From positions 158,187 to 188,710 of the forward strand of contig NIVC01002262.1 of assembly GCA_002269645.1 (NCBI GenBank): a stretch of 30,524 nucleotides of DNA, read 5' to 3'. Numbering within the stretch: the first letter of the stretch is position 1; each line of letters begins with the position of its first letter. Shown piece by piece: positions 24,697-30,524 of the stretch. The position numbers and the translations under genes were made by a program. Source of the DNA: Macrostomum lignano. Its lineage: Eukaryota. The notes below the pieces were generated by a model. It was not told the origin of the DNA, did no database searches, and was given only the letters and a program-made list of their open reading frames with translations.

Positions 24697-25950
24697 CACC
24701 CAGTTGGTTCCACACTTACCCCAGTTGGTTCCACACTTACCCCAGTTGGTTCCACACTTACCCCAGTTGGTTCCACACTTACCCCAGTTGGTTCCACACT
24801 TACCCCAGTTGGTTCCACACTTACCCCAGTTGGTTCCACACTTACCCCAGTTGGTTCCACACTTACCCCAGTTGGTTCCACACTTACCCCAGTTAGTTCC
24901 ACACTTACCCCAGTTGGTTCCACACTTACCCCAGTTGGTTCCACACTTACCCCAGTTAGTTCCACACTTACCCCAGTTGGTTCTACACTTACCCCAGTTG
25001 GTTCCACACTTACCCCAGTTGGTTCTACACTTACCCGAGTTGGTTCCACACTTACCCCAGTTGGTTCCACACTTACCCCAGTTGGTTCCACACTTACCCC
25101 AGTTGGTTCCACACTTACCCCAGTTGGTTCCACACTTACCCGAGTTGGTTCCACACTTACCCCAGTTGGTTCCACACTTACCCCAGTTGGTTCCACACTT
25201 ACCCCAGTTAGTTCCACACTTACCCCAGTTGGTTCTACACTTACCCCAGTTGGTTCCACACTTACCCCACTTGGTTCTACACTTACCCCAGTTGGTTCCA
25301 CACTTACCCCAGTTGGTTCCACACTTACCCCAGTTGGTTCCACACTTACCCCAGTTGGTTCCACACTTACCCCAGTTGGTTCCACACTTACCCCAGTTGG
25401 TTCTACACTTACCCCAGTTGGTTCCACACTTACCCCAGTTGGTTCCACACTTACCCCAGTTGGTTCCACACTTACCCCACTTGGTTCTACACTTACCCCA
25501 GTTGGTTCCACACTTACCCGAGTTGGTTCCACACTTACCCCAGTTAGTTCCACACTTACCCCAGTTGGTTCCACACTTACCCGAGTTGGTTCCACACTTA
25601 CCCGAGTTGGTTCCACACTTACCCCAGTTGGTTCCACACTTACCCCAGTTGGTTTCACACTTACCCCAGTTGGTTCCACACTTACCCCAGTTGGTTCCAC
25701 ACTTACCCCAGTTGGTTTCACACTTACCCCAGTTAGTTCCACACTTACCCCAGTTGGTTCCACACTTACCCCAGTTGGTTCCACACTTACCCCAGTTGGT
25801 TCTACACTTACCCCAGTTGGTTCCACACTTACCCCAGTTGGTTCCACACTTACCCTAGTTAGTTCCACACTTACCCCAGTTAGTTCCACACTTACCCCAG
25901 TTGGTTCCACACTTCCCCCAGTTGGTTCCACACTTACCCCAGTTGGGTCC
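24697..25950. repeat. 21-bp minisatellite CCCCAGTTGGTTCCACACTTA, about 60 copies
   Basis: Tandem units. The reverse complement contains GGG-GTAAGT in almost every unit. Confidence 0.98.
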
Positions 25951-25981
25951 ACCGCCCAGAGGAGTTAGCCAGTGCAGCCAG
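25938..25981 (-). CDS. Candidate 44-nt exon (LAALANSSGRWTQL)
   Basis: Acceptor ttaattatgcatag, donor GG|GTAAGT. Phase 0 start fits exon 26115-26297. The downstream partner exon was not found. Confidence 0.25.
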
Positions 25982-26114
25982 CTATGCATAATTAATGATG
26001 CAGCGCGAAGGAGTCGAATGTCGCCGTTACAGCTTGGCCCGACAAGTGAGGGCCAATTTGTCACAAAATTACAATAAAACCGACGTGAATGTCGTAAAGC
26101 AGTGCTTTTTTCAC

Positions 26115-26297
26115 CGCATCCGATGACGTGCGCAATAACCAGGCTCCCCGCTGCGCCTCGGGTTCATTATACTGCTGCATGCGCGCGCCGATACACTTTC
26201 CCAAGTCTAGATAGCGGCCTTGCTTTCCCTGAATCATTTTCTCTCTTTCCATTTCTCGGCAATCTCCTCCCTCGCTATACTGCAGCTGCATTCCAGC
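26115..26297 (-). CDS. Candidate internal exon (AGMQLQYSEGGDCREMEREKMIQGKQGRYLDLGKCIGARMQQYNEPEAQRGAWLLRTSSDA)
   Basis: Acceptor aactttcacacag, donor GCG|GTGAAA, 183 nt open. Phase 0 to 0 fits the neighbours. Confidence 0.35.
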
Positions 26298-26960
26298 CTG
26301 TGTGAAAGTTTTTCTTGTCCAAGCACCAGCTTACTAGTATAGCTTAGCAACAGATTCACCTTCGCACTCCGTGAAGGAAGTCAGTTGGCCTGCGAGGTGG
26401 GGGGGGGGCATTCAGTTTATTATCAGCATCAAGTCGGTGGGTCCAGCAGCCTTCCGTATCCCCTCAGCACTGATTGGTCCCAGCACTGAGAGAGGAGGGA
26501 GCGAAGAATAGAGACTTTTTCAAGACGAAAATAATTGCATCGCGTGGAGCCCATGCCTCCCATCCGGTAGCGCACTTCATTCTCGGGTGCTGACAACTGT
26601 GTTTGGGAGCATTCCGGAGGCAATAGAAGCTGTGTTATAATTTATCTCAATTGATATTTCTTCTAATCTCTCTATTGGCCAGTTACTATAATATTAGAGC
26701 AGCAGGTGCCTGCTATTCTCTGCATTTGACAGCTTTGCATTGTAAGTGCAAGTGGGTCGGTTGGATCCGTTTATGATTTATTACTGTTATTACTACAGCC
26801 GTTATTTATCTTGGGAATATTGGGAGCTATTTTCTAGGGAATTGTTTCTCGTGCAATTGTGCATCTACTTTATTATGAGTTAAAAGCGTACATTTTAAGG
26901 GGGCGCAAGTGTTTGTAAGGCGTTTGGTTTCTGAATTGCTGTTAGTAGTGACTACTAACA

Positions 26961-27540
26961 TCCTGACACTCCAGTATAGGGCTTCTGACAATCCAGTATA
27001 GAGCTCCTGACAATCCAGTATAGAGCTCCTGACACTCCAGTAAAGAGCTCGTGATACTCCAGTATCGAGCTCCTGACACTCCAGTATAGAGCTCCTGACA
27101 ATCCAGTATAGAGCTCCTGACACTCCAGTAAAGAGCTCCTGACACTCCAGTATAGAGCTCCTGACACTCCAGTATAGAGCTCCTGACACTCCAGTATAGA
27201 GCTCCTGACACTCCAGTATAGAGCTCCTGACACTCCAGTATAGAGCTCCTGACACTCCAGTAAAGAGCTCCTGATACTCCAGTATCGAGCTCCTGACACT
27301 CCAGTATAGAGCTCCTGACAATCCAGTATAGAGCTCCTGACACTCCAGTAAGAGCTCCTGACACTCCAGTATAGAGCTCCTGACACTCCAGTATAGAGCT
27401 CCTGACACTCCAGTATAGAGCTCCTGACACTCCAGTATAGAGCTCCTGACACTCCAGTATAGAGCTCCTGACACTCCAGTATAGAGCTCCTGACACTCCA
27501 GTATAGAGCTCCTGACACTCCAGTATAGAGCTCCTGACAC
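26961..27540. repeat. 22-bp minisatellite GAGCTCCTGACACTCCAGTATA, about 26 copies
   Basis: Tandem units with a few variants. Confidence 0.97.
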
Positions 27541-27659
27541 CCACGAAGGTTCCATCGCCAAGTGCAGTTGGTGCACTCCTTTCGCCCGTAGGAGTTGCGC
27601 AAACGGTGCGCGGTCCCAGCGCAGGTACCAACGAGCGCAGCAGTAGCAGAATGTGTCGC
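27541..27659 (-). CDS. Candidate internal exon (DTFCYCCARWYLRWDRAPFAQLLRAKGVHQLHLAMEPSW)
   Basis: Acceptor gattcag just after an in-frame stop, 119 nt, GC-rich. Donor TGG|GTGTCA is weak and supplied by the array edge. Other frames are also open. Confidence 0.35.
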
Positions 27660-28129
27660 CTGAATCCCCTCAGCATACAAAATCAGTGCAGCAAATGACA
27701 GCGTTAAACGCCAAAGGCATGCTTCCATTCTAGCAACGGCATTTTCCATCTCGCGAACGAGCAAAATATTTTTTTGCCTTAGCTCGTTTGTCAATGTCAT
27801 GGACTTAGCCAGTGTTTGCCCAATCGCCCAAGCTCCATCAAGAATGGATCAGCGACCTCCTGCGATCGCTGGACGCGACGCCCAAAAAAAAGTTGCGGAA
27901 GACAGAATTTAAAAGCAATTCATCCAGCAGCTTTTATCGATTACTTTTTTGAACGTCAAGTTGAAAACGGATTAGCGAGTTTTAAGTTGAGAAATTTATT
28001 GATTGATCTCAAGGTCTCAATAAGAAACTCGAGCGTAAACAGTAAGATGGCCTGAACTTGTAGATAAATGGAAGAGGACATCAGTGAGCCTGCTTCTGAG
28101 CACGGTAACATTGCATTAAGGGTAACATG

Positions 28130-29750
28130 CAATGACTCAAACTGTCTTGATCTAATGACTGAACTTATGATGTAATGACTCAAACTGAACTTATGATGTA
28201 ATGACTCAAACTGTCTATTGTGTAATGACTCAAACTGTCTATTGTGTAATGACTCAAACCGTCTATGTTGTAATGACTCAAACTGTATATGATCTAATGA
28301 CTCAAACTGTCTATGGTGTACTGACTCAAACTGTATATTGTGTAATGACTCAAACCGTCTATGTTGTAATGACTCAAACTGCATATGATCAAATGACTTA
28401 AACTGCTTATGGTATAATGACTCAAACTGTCTATGTTGTAATGACTCAAACTGTCTATGATCTAATGACTCAAACTGTCTATGATCTAATGACTCAAATT
28501 GTCTATGATCTATGACTGAAATTATGATGTAATGAATCAAACTGTCTATGATCTATGACTGAAATTATGATGTAATGAATCAAACTGTCTATGATCTATG
28601 ACTGAAATTATGATGTAATGACTCAAACTGTCTATTGTGTAATGACTCAAACCGTCTATGTTGTAATGACTCAAACTGTATATGATCTAATGACTCAAAC
28701 TGTCTATGGTGTACTGACTCAAACTGTATATTGTGTAATGACTCAAACCGTCTATGTTGTAATGACTCAAACTGCATATGATCAAATGACTTAAACTGCT
28801 TATGGTATAATGACTCAAACTGTCTATGTTGTAATGACTCAAACTGTCTATGATCTAATGACTCAAACTGTCTATGATCTAATGACTCAAATTGTCTATG
28901 ATCTATGACTGAAATTATGATGTAATGAATCAAACTGTCTATGATCTATGACTGAAATTATGATGTAATGACTCAAACTGTCTATTGTTGTAATGACTCA
29001 AACCGTCTATGTTGTAATGACTCAAACTGTATATGATCTAATGACTCAAACTGTCTATGGTGTACTGACTCAAACTGTATATTGTGTAATGACTCAAACC
29101 GTCTATGTTGTAATGACTCAAACTGCATATGATCAAATGACTTAAACTGCTTATGGTATAATGACTCAAACTGTCTATGTTGTAATGACTCAAACTGCAT
29201 ATGATCAAATGACTTAAACTGCTTATGGTATAATGACTCAAACCGTCTATGTTGTAAATGACTCAAACTGCATATGATCAAATGACTTAAACTGCTTATG
29301 GTATAATGACTCAAACTGTCTATGTTGTAATGACTCAAACTGTCTATGATCTAATGACTCAAACTGTCTATGATCTAATGACTCAAATTGTCTATGATCT
29401 ATGACTGAAATTATGATGTAATGAATCAAACTGTCTATGATCTATGACTGAAATTATGATGTAATGACTCAAACTGTCTATTGTGTAATGACTCAAACCG
29501 CCTATGTTGTGATGAATCAAACTTTCTATTATGTCATCATTCAAAATGTCTAGGATATATTACTCAAATTGTCTATGTTGTAATGACTCGAAATGTCTAT
29601 GGTGTAATGGCTCAAAATTTCTATGGTGTAATGACTCAAAATGTCTATTATGTATTTGACTTTAACTGTCAATATTGCAATGACTTGAACTTTCTATGAT
29701 CTATGACTCAAACTTTCTATGATGCAATGATTCAAAATGTGCCTATGATG
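28130..29750. repeat. 24-bp minisatellite AATGACTCAAACTGTCTATGTTGT with higher-order block duplications and a decayed right edge
   Basis: Tandem units. Identical translated blocks start at 28540, 28933 and 29429 in the ORF track. Confidence 0.96.
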
Positions 29751-29933
29751 TAATGAGTCAAACCATCAAACGTGCCGATGCATACCACGCGCATATCGAT
29801 AGAATGTGTAATAAAACATTTATTTCGAACCACAGCAGTTTTGTTTTACAAGAAACCTGCGCAGCTTATAATACTGGCCGCAGTCAAAACAGCCTACTTC
29901 AAGTAGGTGACAGACAATCGTTTTCCATCGCAG

Positions 29934-30194
29934 ACGCCGCGGCGCCAGCCGACATGGCGCACTTCATGTCGCACCAGCGCGGTCGGGCAGCCCAGCAGAA
30001 GTCACCGTCGCGCAGCTTCCTGGCCAGGCCACCGCCGCTGCCGCCGCCGCCGGCAGAGCCGACAATGCGACGCCACGTGTCGCCGCCGCCGACTTCGGCC
30101 CAAGCTGCCAAGCGGGAGCTCACGGAGTCCACGGTGAAGAGGTCGGAGACGGCAAGTGTTGCAATGACCGTGAGGATATTCGAGAACGCCAACG
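29934..30194 (+). CDS. Coding exon of a plus-strand gene with a Pro-rich segment (MAHFMSHQRGRAAQQKSPSRSFLARPPPLPPPPAEPT...VAMTVRIFENAN), product unknown
   Basis: Acceptor ttttccatcgcag, donor ACG|GTGAGA, 261 nt open, high GC3. ATG at 29954 in a strong context (GCCGACATGG). Confidence 0.6.
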
Positions 30195-30267
30195 GTGAGA
30201 GTAGAGAAACTTCTTTCCCATTTTCCTTTATGAGTTCTTACCTCTCTTAAAGTATCTGAGATTCATA

Positions 30268-30465
30268 TGGTAGCAGAATAGAGTGGAGTAGAGTAGAGTA
30301 GAGTAGAGTAGAATAGAGTAGAGTAGAATAGAGTAGAGTAGATTAGATTAGAGTAGAGTAGAGAGTAGAGTAGAGTAGAGTAGGATAGAGTATAGTAGAG
30401 TAGAGTCGAGTCGAGTAGAGTAGAGTAGAGTAGAGAAAGTGAGTAGAGTAGAGTAGAGTAGAGCG
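30268..30465. repeat. (GAGTA)n pentanucleotide microsatellite
   Basis: Read directly. Confidence 0.95.
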
Positions 30466-30524
30466 AGTGGAATAAACTATTCTTCGAGAAGAAATGCATA
30501 AGACCGCATGCAAAGATAAAACTG

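Noticed and set aside
12655-25950. Shared CAACTG hexamer in the 28-mer and 21-mer arrays
   Set aside because: A 6-bp match among about 21 units is expected by chance.
24649-25968. 400-439 aa ORFs (PVGSTLT, LVPHLPQ, GVSVEPT)
   Set aside because: The 21-bp unit keeps at least three frames open on both strands, so this is not evidence of coding.

Overview
This is eukaryotic (animal-type) genomic DNA, not prokaryotic. About 21 different tandem arrays (units of 2-48 bp) cover roughly half the window by my coordinate tally. They are separated by short unique islands, several of which read as spliced exons with GT-AG boundaries. Nearly all long ORFs in the supplied track are artefacts of these repeats. 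Well supported: an intact eukaryote-type tRNA-Ile gene with the unusual anticodon GAT (21634-21707, minus), and a non-autonomous hAT element with TIRs and a perfect 8-bp TSD (16065-16881) whose interior is mostly a purine microsatellite. Moderately supported: two groups of minus-strand candidate exons (about 969-11897 and 22200-27659, which may be one gene or two) and one plus-strand Pro-rich exon (29934-30194). I cannot name any of the proteins; one stretch weakly resembles a GAF domain. The most unusual patterns are minisatellites that begin or end exactly at candidate splice sites (including about 60 tandem copies of a GTAAGT donor), the G34 tRNA-Ile, and arrays with a TF motif (AP-1, GATA) in nearly every unit. 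The landscape is reminiscent of simple-repeat-rich flatworm assemblies such as Macrostomum, but that is a guess. I found no CRISPR array, rRNA or recognisable transposase or reverse transcriptase.
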